Source: Dehalococcoides mccartyi
GTDB lineage: Bacteria; Chloroflexota; Dehalococcoidia; UBA2979
Direction: 5' to 3'
DNA length: 64,000 nt
NCBI GenBank assembly: GCA_945865925.1
Contig: CAMBFG010000002.1
Span: 12,421 to 76,420, forward strand
The notes beneath the pieces are model-generated. The model saw only the letters and a list, made by a program, of their open reading frames with translations. It did no database searches and had not been told where the DNA came from. A program made the position numbers and the translations under genes. Below, one piece after another: positions 46,529 to 56,652 of this stretch (position 1 is its first letter; each line of letters begins with the position of its first letter).

Positions 46529-49174
46529 CTACTTCCGTGCCTTTCTTCGAGGGCTGGGCGTATCGGTGCTGCGCGCCTCGAGGGCGGTGAGACGGTCGGC
46601 GAGGCCTCGGTTTTCCTGCTGCAACTTCTCGAGTTCGTCCCGCAGCGCCTTCCCTTCCTTGCCACCGGCCGAAGCACGGTCGGCCAGGTGGCGAGCGGCG
46701 ATGCGATTCATCCGCTTCACGCGGCCGTCGAGGGCACGCTCGGAGGCGCTGCTGACGGCGGGGACGGCCTTCACATCGCCCGCAGCCTCCAGCGCCATCG
46801 TGGCGGCGATCTGGACGCGCAGCCAGCCGTCGTCTAGCAGTTCCTCCAGTCGCTCGCGGACGCGCACCTGCAGCGGACCTTCGAGGTAGGGGTACAGCGC
46901 ACCGAGCGCCGCCGTCGCCGCCCGCCGGGCGTTCTGGTGGACGCCCCACTGCGTGTGCGCGATCAGCACCTCGGCGGCCCGTACGTCGCGAAGCAGGCCA
47001 AGGCCGGTCACGGCGCCGACGGTGATCACATCGTTGTGGGCGGGACGGCCGATGACGCGCTTGATGCTCTCGAACGCGCCGGGCTGGAGCGTGCGGCCGA
47101 GCGCCTGCGCGGCGTTCATCTGGACGTAGTAAGAACGGTCTCCCTTGCCAGTGAGCAGGCGGGTGAGGGCCTGCGCCGTCGCCTCGTCGCGGAAGTTGCC
47201 GAGGGCGAGGGCGGCTGCGCGGCGGACGCGGGCCAGCGGCTCACGTGTGGCCGCGATCAGGACATCGCGCGCGGCGACGCCCTTGACCTTGCCGAGCGCG
47301 GCGGCCACCTCGGCACGGACGAAGTCGGCCTCATCTCGGTTGAGGACCGCCGTCTGCAGCGCGGTGATCGCCTCCGGCGTCCCTGCCTTCGCGAGGGCAC
47401 GCGCGGCATCGATGCGGCCGATCGCCTCCGGGTCTTTCGCCAACCGTGCGGCGAGTTGTTTCACACCGGGCGCGAAGTCGAGGGTCTTGAGGACGCGTCC
47501 CGCCGGGTCGATCGAGACGAACTCGGGCTCATCGGCGAGGCGGAAGACGAACGAGTGCGCGGCGTCCGTCACCTGCACGGTGTGGCGCTCGAACTCGCCG
47601 TCCACCATGAAGGCGATCTCGATCGGTGTCTGGTAGATCGAAGTCAGGGTGTCGTCAGGCGTCTGGGTCTGCATCAGGCCGACGGTCGCGAGGTGCTGCT
47701 TCGCGTCCCACGCATACGAGGCCTTGAACTCGGGGTGGCCGCCCTTCCATACCCACTGGGCGAAGAAGCCATCCATGTTGCGGCCGGTGGCCTCCTCAAT
47801 GGCGCGCTGGAGGTCGTGCGTCAGGACATCCTGCTCAGCGTGCTTCTGCACGTAGTGCCGGATGGCAGCCCACCACAGGTCATCGCCGAGGTTGTAGCGC
47901 AGCATGTCGAGGACGACCGAACCGCGCTCGTACAGGTGGCGGTCGAACACATCGATCGGGTCGCGGTAGACGTTCTCGACCAGCGGGCGGCGGTAGGCGG
48001 CGGTGTCCTCCTGCAGGTACAGCTCGCCGTTCTGCAGGATGTTGTAGCGGAACGCGTCCCAGCCTCGATGGTGCTCCACGAAGAGGGCATCGAAGTAGGT
48101 GGCGAAGGACTCGTTGAGCCAGCCGTGCGACCACTCCCGACAGGTGAGCAGGTCGCCGAACCACTGGTGGGCGAGTTCGTGGGCGGTGATCGAGTCGCAC
48201 GGCTCGACGATGTCCTCGTGCGCGCGCTCGTCGTGGAGCAGCGTGTCGGTCATCGTGGTGGCAGAGGTGTTCTCCATGCCGCCGAAGATGAAGTCCGCGA
48301 CGGCGACCGTGGCGTATTTCGCCCACGGATACGGCGTGCCGATCTTGTCCGCAAAGAACGTCACCATCTCCGGAGTCCGTCCGAAGGCGCGGCGCAGCGC
48401 GGGCGCCGAGCCGGGTGCGCCGTAGTACTGCACCGGCACGTCGCCAGCCTTCGCGCGCACCTCGTCGAACTCGCCGGCGGCGACGGTGATGAGGTACGCA
48501 GGGTGCGGGCGCTCCTGCTGCCAGTGGTAGGTCTTGGTCTTGCGGCGACGGTCCTCGGTCACCTCGTCGAGGCGGCCGTTGGAGAGCGCGAACCACGCGG
48601 CGGGCACCGTGAGGTGCGCCTCGCTGGTGAACTTCTCGCCGGGGAAGTCGAGGCAGGGGAAGTAGCAGGCGGAGTCTTCTGCCTGGCCCTGCGTCCAGAT
48701 CTGCTCCGGGCGCGCCGGATAGCCCTCGTCCGGTGCGTTGAAGTAGAGCCCGCGGCGCGGTGTCGCGGTGTACTCGACGACGACGGTGACGGACTGGCTC
48801 GCGCGACGCGCGCGACCGAGGTCCACCTTCAGCGTGCGGTCACCGAGGCTCCACGCAAGTTTATTCCCGTCCCCGTCAGCGACGGAGGCCACTTCGAGTT
48901 CGGAGGCGTCGAAGACAGCCTCGCGCAGGCCGTCGTGGCGAGGGCGGATGGTGGTGGCAGCGGTGCCGGCCACCGAACGGCGGGCGAGGTCGAAGGAGAG
49001 GTCGAGGCGGAGGTGCTCGACTTTGTAGGCGCGGTCGCGGCCCCAGACCGGGCGGTCGCCGGTGAGACGGAACGGTTCGCGGGCGGCCATCGCCGCCGCC
49101 CCCCAGCCAGCATCCAGGCCGTGACAGGCGGCCCCGAAGGCAGCCTCGAAGATGCGGGCGTCGATGTCGCTCAT
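46529..49174 (-). CDS. pepN: M1-family aminopeptidase N with C-terminal HEAT/PBS-lyase repeats and a coiled-coil tail
   Basis: FGGMEN, HELAHQWFGDL, WLNESFATYF. The C-terminus has repeated AARALAKAG / AAQALG units and then LRDELEKLQQENRGLADRLTALEAR. Confidence 0.85.
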   Translation of the reverse strand: MSDIDARIFEAAFGAACHGLDAGWGAAAMAAREPFRLTGDRPVWGRDRAYKVEHLRLDLSFDLARRSVAGTAATTIRPRHDGLREAVFDASELEVASVADGDGNKLAWSLGDRTLKVDLGRARRASQSVTVVVEYTATPRRGLYFNAPDEGYPARPEQIWTQGQAEDSACYFPCLDFPGEKFTSEAHLTVPAAWFALSNGRLDEVTEDRRRKTKTYHWQQERPHPAYLITVAAGEFDEVRAKAGDVPVQYYGAPGSAPALRRAFGRTPEMVTFFADKIGTPYPWAKYATVAVADFIFGGMENTSATTMTDTLLHDERAHEDIVEPCDSITAHELAHQWFGDLLTCREWSHGWLNESFATYFDALFVEHHRGWDAFRYNILQNGELYLQEDTAAYRRPLVENVYRDPIDVFDRHLYERGSVVLDMLRYNLGDDLWWAAIRHYVQKHAEQDVLTHDLQRAIEEATGRNMDGFFAQWVWKGGHPEFKASYAWDAKQHLATVGLMQTQTPDDTLTSIYQTPIEIAFMVDGEFERHTVQVTDAAHSFVFRLADEPEFVSIDPAGRVLKTLDFAPGVKQLAARLAKDPEAIGRIDAARALAKAGTPEAITALQTAVLNRDEADFVRAEVAAALGKVKGVAARDVLIAATREPLARVRRAAALALGNFRDEATAQALTRLLTGKGDRSYYVQMNAAQALGRTLQPGAFESIKRVIGRPAHNDVITVGAVTGLGLLRDVRAAEVLIAHTQWGVHQNARRAATAALGALYPYLEGPLQVRVRERLEELLDDGWLRVQIAATMALEAAGDVKAVPAVSSASERALDGRVKRMNRIAARHLADRASAGGKEGKALRDELEKLQQENRGLADRLTALEARSTDTPSPRRKARK

Positions 49175-49245
49175 GCGGCCTCCTGGGGCACGGACAGTCG
49201 GTCGGGAGTGCGAGCCTACGCCGAACGCGCGCGCCTTACGAGGGC

Positions 49246-49719
49246 CTAGCGGCGGTCGAGGGAGGCGAGCACGAGGCGCAGGCACGCCTCCGCGGCGGCG
49301 ATCTTGGTCGCCTCGCGGTCGCCGGGGAAGACGTGACGCTCGGCCACCTCGGTGTCCGCACCCGAGACGGCGATCCAGTACAGGCCGCCGGGGCGATCCG
49401 GGTTGCTGCTGGGGCCGGCGATGCCGCTCTCCGCGACGCAGAGGTCGGTCTGGAGGGCTGCGCGACCACCTCGGGCCATCGCGCGAGTCGCCTCTTCCGA
49501 GACGGAACCGTGGTCGCGCAGGGTCTCGGCGGGCACGTTGAGTAGAGCCATCTTCGGTCGCCCGTGGTAGGCGGTGATCCCGCCGACGAACACCTTCGAG
49601 GAGCCCGGGACATCCGTCAGGAGGTGACCGATGAGGCCGCCGATGGTCGACTCGGCGGTGCCAAGTGTGAGCCCCTCGGCGGTCATGCGCTCGACCACTT
49701 GCTTCGCGAGGTCGTTCAT
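49246..49719 (-). CDS. CinA C-terminal domain protein (nicotinamide-nucleotide amidohydrolase PncC-like)
   Basis: LTLGTAESTIGGLIG motif. Confidence 0.75.
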   Translation of the reverse strand: MNDLAKQVVERMTAEGLTLGTAESTIGGLIGHLLTDVPGSSKVFVGGITAYHGRPKMALLNVPAETLRDHGSVSEEATRAMARGGRAALQTDLCVAESGIAGPSSNPDRPGGLYWIAVSGADTEVAERHVFPGDREATKIAAAEACLRLVLASLDRR

Positions 49720-50252
49720 GCGGGGAACCCTTCGGCGGCGCGGATCTGCACGATCTGGCCGGTGTGGTCGGTGTCGTGGAGCCGCTGGAAGAGGAACCAG
49801 GCGCGGCAGTTCAACTCCCCGAACCAGCCGTGCCTCACCGTCACCTCAAGGTTGGGTGTCGCTGGCAACCGGCCGATCAGGCCCGCGAGTTCGAGGGACA
49901 CATCGACCAGCGCCTTCCGCGCGTCTGCGTAGGTGGCGTACTCGACGTCACCCTGCGTCGCGATCGGATCCTCGGGAGCGGTGCCACCGCTCGCGGTCGC
50001 CTCGATGATCGCGAGGACGTTGCGGCTGGAGGTCGCGATGTGGCGCGTGACCATCGCAATGCTCCACGGCTGCTCCTCGCCCGGATGACCGGCCGGACGG
50101 AACGCGGCCTGCGCCTCGGTCAGATCGGCGACGGCGGCGAGGAGGGCGCTGCGGGCCTCCATTACTCGAGGCCACGCGGCCGCGAAGTCCAACTTCTCCG
50201 CCTGCCCGATCAGGTACGAGCGCCCTCGCGCCCAGAGTTCCTCTTGCGTCAC
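49716..50252 (-). CDS. DinB/YfiT-like (DinB_2) family protein
   Basis: Four-helix-bundle family with conserved His residues. It overlaps its neighbours. Confidence 0.6.
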   Translation of the reverse strand: MTQEELWARGRSYLIGQAEKLDFAAAWPRVMEARSALLAAVADLTEAQAAFRPAGHPGEEQPWSIAMVTRHIATSSRNVLAIIEATASGGTAPEDPIATQGDVEYATYADARKALVDVSLELAGLIGRLPATPNLEVTVRHGWFGELNCRAWFLFQRLHDTDHTGQIVQIRAAEGFPA

Positions 50253-51004
50253 GAGCGGCCCACGATCCGCTGCGTCGCCTTCGCGAAGCGCGCGACGTGA
50301 TCCGCACCACCGCGCAGCAGTTGATCCGCCTGCTGCTCCATGCCTCGGGCGTCGCCCCCACTCACCGAGGCGTCGATGGTCTGCTTGGCCCAGCGCAGCG
50401 CGAGCGGGGAAGCCGCCGCGATGGCACTCGCGACCTCGTCCACGGCGGCGGGGAAGTCAGCCAGCGGCACGACACGGTTGACGAGGCCGAGACGCAGGGC
50501 CTCCTCCGGCCCGACCGCGCGACCGGTGAAGATCAGTTCCTTCGCCACCGGCGCCCCGACGATCTTCGGCAGCGCCGCAGCGCCGATGACCAGTCCATAC
50601 TCGGAACCGGGGAAACGGAAGCGCGCGCGGTCTGAGGCGATGCGGATGTCTGCCGTGCATGCGATCAGTGCGCCGGCCCCATAGGCCGGGCCGTCTACTG
50701 CGGCGATGATCGGCTTGGTGGAGGCAGCGATGCGCTGGGCCGCGCGGGCGGACGGGTCGAAGCGGCGGTTGCCCTTCAGGTTCTCTTCGTTCGCCTGCGC
50801 CATGTCCGCGCCGGCACAGAACGAGCCGTCCGTGCCCTCGATCACGATGACGACGACGTTGTCATCGTCATCGAAGGCGACCATCGCCTCCGAGATCAGG
50901 CCACCGAGCTCGGTCGTGATCGCGTTGCGCTTGTCCGCGCGGTTGAGGCGCAGACGGCCGACACCGCCAGCCACGGTGGTCACCAGCAGCGGCTCGGTCA
51001 TCAT
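50249..51004 (-). CDS. enoyl-CoA hydratase/isomerase family protein
   Basis: Crotonase fold with FCAGADM oxyanion region. Confidence 0.8.
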   Translation of the reverse strand: MMTEPLLVTTVAGGVGRLRLNRADKRNAITTELGGLISEAMVAFDDDDNVVVIVIEGTDGSFCAGADMAQANEENLKGNRRFDPSARAAQRIAASTKPIIAAVDGPAYGAGALIACTADIRIASDRARFRFPGSEYGLVIGAAALPKIVGAPVAKELIFTGRAVGPEEALRLGLVNRVVPLADFPAAVDEVASAIAAASPLALRWAKQTIDASVSGGDARGMEQQADQLLRGGADHVARFAKATQRIVGRS

Positions 51005-51041
51005 CCACTCCCTCGAATGCGCCTCGACGGCCCGATGCGGG

Positions 51042-52310
51042 TTACAGGATGGCGCCTTCGGCACGCATCGCGGCGATCTCGGCGGTGGAGAGGCCGGCCT
51101 CGCCCAACACCACGTCCGTGTCCCGCCCGAGCGGTGGGGACGCCTTCGTGGGTGTGGGTGGGGTCTTGCTCATCTTCCACGGCGCGGCCTGCATCCAGAC
51201 CGGACCGGCGAGTTCGTGGTCGTGCTCGACGACATACTCGTTCGCCACGATCTGCGGATGGTCCAGCAATTCCTGGACGAAGTTGACCGAGCCACAGGGC
51301 ACGCCACCAGCGGTGAGGATCACGTCCCACTCGGCTGTGGTCTTCGTCTTGAACAACGCTTCGGTCCGTGCGATCAACGCCTTGTCGATGGCGATCTGCG
51401 CCGGGTCCTGCGCGTTGTATCCCGGCTCGTCGCGGTTGTGCTCGAAGCCGAGGGTCGCCCTGACTTTAGCACGGAGGGCAGCCGAGAGGGCACCGATGGC
51501 GATCGCGCCGTCCTGCGTCAGGAAGCAGCGGTAGTAGACGTTCCCGCCGGCCGCCGCGCGCAGCATCGCCTCTCGCACCTTGAGGAATTCGGAGTACGGC
51601 ATGCCGGTGTCGCGCGCCTTCTGGAGGGCATTCAAAAAGCCTTCGCGCACCGCCGAATCGGCAGCGGGGATCGAGGCAAACTGGCTCATGTGGATCGTGA
51701 GCGCATTGATGAGGAGCGAGGTCTCCACCATCTGGCCTTCGCCCGTCTTCGCCTTGTGGTACAGCGCCGCGAGCGTGCCCGCACAGACGGCGTAGCCCGT
51801 GGTGGTATCCGCGACGGCGGGCCCGGTGAGCGGCTGGCCGTTGTCATCGACCTTCGCGACCGCGCCGGTGAGGCCGGAGAGCGCCTGCACGACGATGTCG
51901 TAGCCGGGGCGGTCGGCGAGCGGGCCCTCGCGACCGAAGGCGGTGTTGTCGACGTAGATCAGGTCGGGCTTGAGGGCCGCGAGGGTGTCGTAGTCGATCT
52001 TCAGGCGCTTCGCGACGTCCGGTCGATAGTTGATGACCACCACGTCCATCTGCTTCACGAGCCGGTGGATCGCCGCCTGGGACGAGGGCTTCGAGACATC
52101 GATGGCAAGCGAGCGCTTGCCTCGGTTGAGGCCCATGTACGTCTTGGACTCCAGGGGCATGAACTGAGCGTTCAGCCGCCAGGGCTCGCCTCCCGGGGGT
52201 TCCACCTTGATGACGTCAGCACCGAGGTCTGCCAGCAACTGGCAGCCCATGGGGCCCGCAATGATCTGCGTGAACTCCAGAATCTTGACGCCAACGAGCG
52301 GCCCCGCCAT
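51042..52310 (-). CDS. CoA-transferase family III (CaiB/BaiF)
   Basis: ILEFTQIIAGPMGCQLLADLGADVIKVEPPGGEPWR; catalytic Asp region DIVVQALSG. Confidence 0.85.
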   Translation of the reverse strand: MAGPLVGVKILEFTQIIAGPMGCQLLADLGADVIKVEPPGGEPWRLNAQFMPLESKTYMGLNRGKRSLAIDVSKPSSQAAIHRLVKQMDVVVINYRPDVAKRLKIDYDTLAALKPDLIYVDNTAFGREGPLADRPGYDIVVQALSGLTGAVAKVDDNGQPLTGPAVADTTTGYAVCAGTLAALYHKAKTGEGQMVETSLLINALTIHMSQFASIPAADSAVREGFLNALQKARDTGMPYSEFLKVREAMLRAAAGGNVYYRCFLTQDGAIAIGALSAALRAKVRATLGFEHNRDEPGYNAQDPAQIAIDKALIARTEALFKTKTTAEWDVILTAGGVPCGSVNFVQELLDHPQIVANEYVVEHDHELAGPVWMQAAPWKMSKTPPTPTKASPPLGRDTDVVLGEAGLSTAEIAAMRAEGAIL

Positions 52311-52415
52311 GCAATCCTCCCGCAAACCGGGTTATCCCCATTCGCGGTGGCCCGCGACCCGGCCGCGGGAGTGTACGGGAGTCTTTCAGACAGAGTCACC
52401 AGCGTGCTGAGCCCG

Positions 52416-53690
52416 CTATGCGATGACGTTCCGAGCCCGCAGTGCTGCGCGCTGCTCCGCGCTGTACCCCAGCGCCGCCACGATCTCGTCTGTGTGTTTG
52501 CCCAGGACGGGCGACGGGCCCTGCACCTCGAGCGGCGTCCTGCTCATGCGCACCATGGGACCGACCTGCGTCTGCGGGCCGGAGAGTTCGTGCTCCACGG
52601 TCACGGGGATGTCGTTCGCAACCACCTGCGGGTCGGTCAGCATGTCCTCCACGAAGTTGAGCGGACCGGACGGCACCCCGTGGGCCTCGAGGATGGCGAG
52701 CCATTCGTCGGAGGTCTTGGTGCGGAAGGTGGCTTCGACCTCCGCGACGCGCCCTCGTGCCATCTCGGCGTAGACGGGGTCCGCCATGTTGTAGCCGGGG
52801 TCGGCCATGCCGAGGAAGTCCGTACCGACGGCTGCACGGACCTTCGCCCAGAGCGTGGGTGAGAGCGCCCCGATGGCGACCGCACCGTCCTTGGTCGCGT
52901 AGCAGCGGTAGTAGATGTTCCCGACGCGGCCGAGTTGCGCCGCCTGATAGGCACCGATGAGGTCGGAGTAGGGCGCGTTCTCCGCCTGCAACCCGTGGAC
53001 CCGGTCCATCTTGCCGTACTTCAAGGCGTCGGCCGCGGGGAGGTCCATCGCCGCCGTGCCCTGGAACGCGAGGGCGGTGTTGAGCAGCGTCGTCTCGATC
53101 ATCTGGCCTTCGCCGGTGCGCTCGCGGTGGAACAGCGCGGCACAGACCGACCACGCGATGGCCACTCCGGTGCCATAGTCCGCGATCGCCGTCGAGGTGA
53201 TCGACAGCGGTGCACCAGCCGGATCAACTTTGCCTTCGCCGATCATGAGGCCGGAGACGGCCTGCGCGACGATGTCGTAGCCGGGGCGGAGTGCCCACGG
53301 GCCTCGACGGCCCCACGCGGTGTTGTCGACGTAGATCAGGTTGGGACGGATCTTCGAGAGCGTCTCGTAGTCGATGCCGAGTTTCGCGGGGACATCCGGG
53401 CGGTAGTTGATCACGACCACATCGATCGTCGGGATCATCCGGTGGACGATCTCCTGCGCGTCTGGCTCCTGCATGGAGAGGACCAGCGACTTCTTCCCTC
53501 GGTTGAGGGACTGGAAGGTCTTGGACTCGCCGGGCATGAACTGGGAGAAGAGCCGCCAGGGCTCGCCTCCCGGGGGTTCGACCTTGATGACCTCTGCGCC
53601 CATGTCTGCCAGATTCTGGCAGCCGAAGGGGCCGGCAATGATCTGGGTGAACTCAAGCACTCGAATGCCGTTGAGCGGTCCTGAAGCCAT
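52416..53690 (-). CDS. CoA-transferase family III (CaiB/BaiF), tandem paralogue
   Basis: VLEFTQIIAGPFGCQNLADMGAEVIKVEPPGGEPWR. It is about 50% identical to the upstream paralogue by eye. Confidence 0.85.
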   Translation of the reverse strand: MASGPLNGIRVLEFTQIIAGPFGCQNLADMGAEVIKVEPPGGEPWRLFSQFMPGESKTFQSLNRGKKSLVLSMQEPDAQEIVHRMIPTIDVVVINYRPDVPAKLGIDYETLSKIRPNLIYVDNTAWGRRGPWALRPGYDIVAQAVSGLMIGEGKVDPAGAPLSITSTAIADYGTGVAIAWSVCAALFHRERTGEGQMIETTLLNTALAFQGTAAMDLPAADALKYGKMDRVHGLQAENAPYSDLIGAYQAAQLGRVGNIYYRCYATKDGAVAIGALSPTLWAKVRAAVGTDFLGMADPGYNMADPVYAEMARGRVAEVEATFRTKTSDEWLAILEAHGVPSGPLNFVEDMLTDPQVVANDIPVTVEHELSGPQTQVGPMVRMSRTPLEVQGPSPVLGKHTDEIVAALGYSAEQRAALRARNVIA

Positions 53691-53803
53691 GGGGTGCCTC
53701 CCGTGCTGCCTCGAAGCGGGCGCATGCTAGCAGTACGTCACTCATCCGACGCCGCGCGCGAGGCAGTTTGCCCGCCCCTCGGAGCGCCCGTAGGCTCCCC
53801 GGC

Positions 53804-55024
53804 ATGACCACCGCTGGCAGCGACCCCTTCTCCGAGGCCGCCATCGAGGCGCTGCTGGCGCCCGCGATGCGCCGCCTGCCGCCGCCCACCTCGCTATCGC
53901 CGCTGCCTTACGACCTCAACGCCGGCGTCCCCGACCGCGACTCGCTGCCCTGGCGCGAGTTGCTCGAAGCGACTCGTGCCGCCCTCGAGGAGGACGCGGC
54001 AGGTGCGCTCACCTACGGGGGTCAGGCTGGCTACGAGCCGCTGCGGGCGTGGGTCGCTGAGCGTCAGGCGGCCGAGACCGGACTCCCGGTGACCGCTGCG
54101 AACGTGACGATCACCGCTGGCAGCGCGCAGGGCATCGACAACGTCGCGGCGGCGTTCATCGCGGACGGCGATGTCGTCATCACCGGCGCGCCCACCTACC
54201 CCGGCGCGATCCGGACGTTCCGCGCACGCGGCGCGCAGGTCATCGATGTCCCCCAGGACGACGATGGCCTCGTCATGCCCGCGCTCGCGAGGGTGCTCGA
54301 CACCCGCCGGATGACCGGCAAGCAGGCGAAGGTGATCTATGTCACCGCGAACTACGACAACCCGAGTGGCAGCACGCTCACCCTCGAACGCCGTCAGCGG
54401 CTCGTCGAGCTGGCGCGCGAGCACAGGGTGCTCATCCTGGAAGACGACGCATATACCGGCATCGACCTCGACGGGCCGCCGCCCACCTCGCTGTTCGCGG
54501 TCGCGGGTGGGCGCGGGATCGTGCGCTGCGGGACCTTCTCGAAGACGGTGGCGACTGGCCTGCGGGTCGGCTTCATCGTGGCGCAGACCGAGGTGATCGC
54601 GCGCCTCGTACTGGCGCGGTTCGACAACGGCGGGCCGCCGATCCTGCACCGCCTGCTGTACCACTACCTCCGCTCGGGCCACTACGACCCGCACGTGGCG
54701 AGGCTGCAGGAGATCTACCGCGAGCGACGAGACGTGACCGCAGACGCCCTCCGCGACCTCTGTGAGCCATACGTCACCTTCCGCACCCCTCGAGGGGGCT
54801 TCTTCCACTGGCTCAAACTCGCCCCGGGCCTCGATGCCGCCACCGTCTTCCGGGCCGCTGCCGCGCGGGGCGTCGCGGTTACCCCCGGCACGGGCTATTT
54901 CGCCAACGGCGGCGGCGAGGACCGCATCCGCCTCGTCTACTCCGCTCTGCCACCAGCCGACCTCCGCAAGGCGATCGAGGCGTTCGCGGAGGCCCTCGCC
55001 GCGGTCGCCGCCGGCCGCGAGTAG
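53804..55024 (+). CDS. PLP-dependent aminotransferase (class I/II, 2-aminoadipate/valine-pyruvate transaminase-like)
   Basis: GTFSKTVATGLRVGF with the PLP Lys, and YVTANYDNPSG. Confidence 0.75.
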   Translation: MTTAGSDPFSEAAIEALLAPAMRRLPPPTSLSPLPYDLNAGVPDRDSLPWRELLEATRAALEEDAAGALTYGGQAGYEPLRAWVAERQAAETGLPVTAANVTITAGSAQGIDNVAAAFIADGDVVITGAPTYPGAIRTFRARGAQVIDVPQDDDGLVMPALARVLDTRRMTGKQAKVIYVTANYDNPSGSTLTLERRQRLVELAREHRVLILEDDAYTGIDLDGPPPTSLFAVAGGRGIVRCGTFSKTVATGLRVGFIVAQTEVIARLVLARFDNGGPPILHRLLYHYLRSGHYDPHVARLQEIYRERRDVTADALRDLCEPYVTFRTPRGGFFHWLKLAPGLDAATVFRAAAARGVAVTPGTGYFANGGGEDRIRLVYSALPPADLRKAIEAFAEALAAVAAGRE

Positions 55025-55029
55025 AGCCT

Positions 55030-55236
55030 CGAATCCGGGCAGGGCGAGCGCACGTTCGGTCAGCACCGGTCGTTACACCTGTAGAAGGCCTCCTGAAAGA
55101 CATTGCAAGCGTGTTTCACGCGACATAGGATGGCCTCACAGCGGGTCGGGAATCGGATGTTTGTAGCGGACGCCCCAGCGTCCGAGCCGCCGCACACCCC
55201 TAGCGGGGACGGCCCGATGCAGGAACGGATCAGCCC
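55030..55236 (+). promoter_or_regulatory. 207-bp lower-GC 5' leader with two GC-rich stem-loops (ggacgc-ccca-gcgtcc; cccc-tagc-gggg) before the second aminotransferase
   Basis: Seen in sequence. No match to a riboswitch class that I can recognise. Confidence 0.25.
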
Positions 55237-56559
55237 ATGAACGCTCGACGCAACCTCCGACCGGTTGATGCGGACGTGTCGCGGCTGGCTGCTGACCTGC
55301 GCGGCCAATGGGCGAAGCGCGACATCGAGGCGATGGCCTCGGAAGCGGCGCGCAACGTCTCCGCCGGCAACGCGACCGACTGGGGCATGACCACCGACAT
55401 TCACTCGGAACTCGAACCGATCGTGCTCGGCGGCGGCATCCCCGCGCCGGAGACGCTGCCGCGCAAGGCGCTGATGGAGGCGATGGACCGCGCCCTCAAC
55501 ACCGAGGAACGCGACGACGGCCCGCTGCGCTACGGCGGCGCGTACGGCTTCGAACCGCTGCGCGACCTGCTGGCCCAGCGCTACACGCGCGACCGCGGAT
55601 TCACGGTGACGTCCGACTGGTTCATGCTCTCGAACGGATCCGCGGGCGCCATCGATCAGGTGTGCGCGACGTTCATCCAGCCGGGCGACGTGGTGATCTC
55701 CGAGGCGCCCACGTTCTCCGGCACCACACGCACCTTCCGTGGCCACCAGGCCGAGATCGTCACCGTGAGCATGGATGACGACGGCATGTGCGTGGATGAA
55801 CTGGAGCCGCTGATCCAATCCCTGCAGCGGCAGGGCAAGAAGATCAAGTTCATCTACACGATCAGCAACTTCCACAACCCCATGGGCGTCACGCTCACCC
55901 TCGAGCGGCGCGTGGAACTGCTGAAGGTCGCAGCGAAGTACGGCATCTTCGTCCTGGACGACGACGCGTACGGCGAACTCTATTTCGAGGGCGTCCACCA
56001 CCCACCCGCACTCTCCGCGCTCTCACAGTGCGAGGGCGTGATCAGCGTCGGCACGTTCTCCAAGATCATCGCGACGGGGCTGCGTGTGGGCTGGATCCAT
56101 GCGACGCCGAACGTCATCGAGCAGTTGGTGCGGATGCGGTTCGAGATGGGGAACTCGCCGCTGTTGCACCGAATGCTCTTCGAGTTCTCGAAGGACGGCG
56201 CACTGGACGCACACATCGCGAAGGTGCGGGCGATCTACCAGCGCAAGGCCGACCTGATCGCGGCCGGCCTGCGCGAGTTCTGTGAGCCGTACGTCTCCTT
56301 CCGCCGCCCGAACGGCGGCTTCTTCCTGTGGGTGGACCTCCTTGGCGGCCTGAACGGCGGCGAAGTCCAGCAGCAGGCGATCATCGAAGGCCTCGTGGCG
56401 GCCGCCGGGTACGGGTTCTTCCCGGACCGCGTGGACACCGGTAACCACATCCGCCTCGCCTACTCCTGGGTACCCGAGGACGAACTGCGCGAGGCCGCCC
56501 GCCGCCTCGCCATCGCCTGCGCGAAGGTCGCGGAGCGCGAGGCCCTGCCGAAGAAGTAG
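55237..56559 (+). CDS. PLP-dependent aminotransferase (paralogue of the previous gene)
   Basis: GTFSKIIATGLRVGW and YTISNFHNPMG. Confidence 0.75.
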   Translation: MNARRNLRPVDADVSRLAADLRGQWAKRDIEAMASEAARNVSAGNATDWGMTTDIHSELEPIVLGGGIPAPETLPRKALMEAMDRALNTEERDDGPLRYGGAYGFEPLRDLLAQRYTRDRGFTVTSDWFMLSNGSAGAIDQVCATFIQPGDVVISEAPTFSGTTRTFRGHQAEIVTVSMDDDGMCVDELEPLIQSLQRQGKKIKFIYTISNFHNPMGVTLTLERRVELLKVAAKYGIFVLDDDAYGELYFEGVHHPPALSALSQCEGVISVGTFSKIIATGLRVGWIHATPNVIEQLVRMRFEMGNSPLLHRMLFEFSKDGALDAHIAKVRAIYQRKADLIAAGLREFCEPYVSFRRPNGGFFLWVDLLGGLNGGEVQQQAIIEGLVAAAGYGFFPDRVDTGNHIRLAYSWVPEDELREAARRLAIACAKVAEREALPKK

Positions 56560-56652
56560 CACCCGCGGTTGTCCCGAGACTCTTTCGAGCCCGGCGTATC
56601 ATCGGCCACCGGCGCGGCACCTCGATGGTGCGTGCGCCCTCGGAGGTGGCCC

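Noticed and set aside
55026-55034. TCGAATCC, a tRNA T-loop-like motif, just after the aminotransferase stop
   Set aside because: No acceptor, D-arm or anticodon-arm complements in the flanking sequence, and the upstream bases are coding. Not a tRNA or tmRNA.
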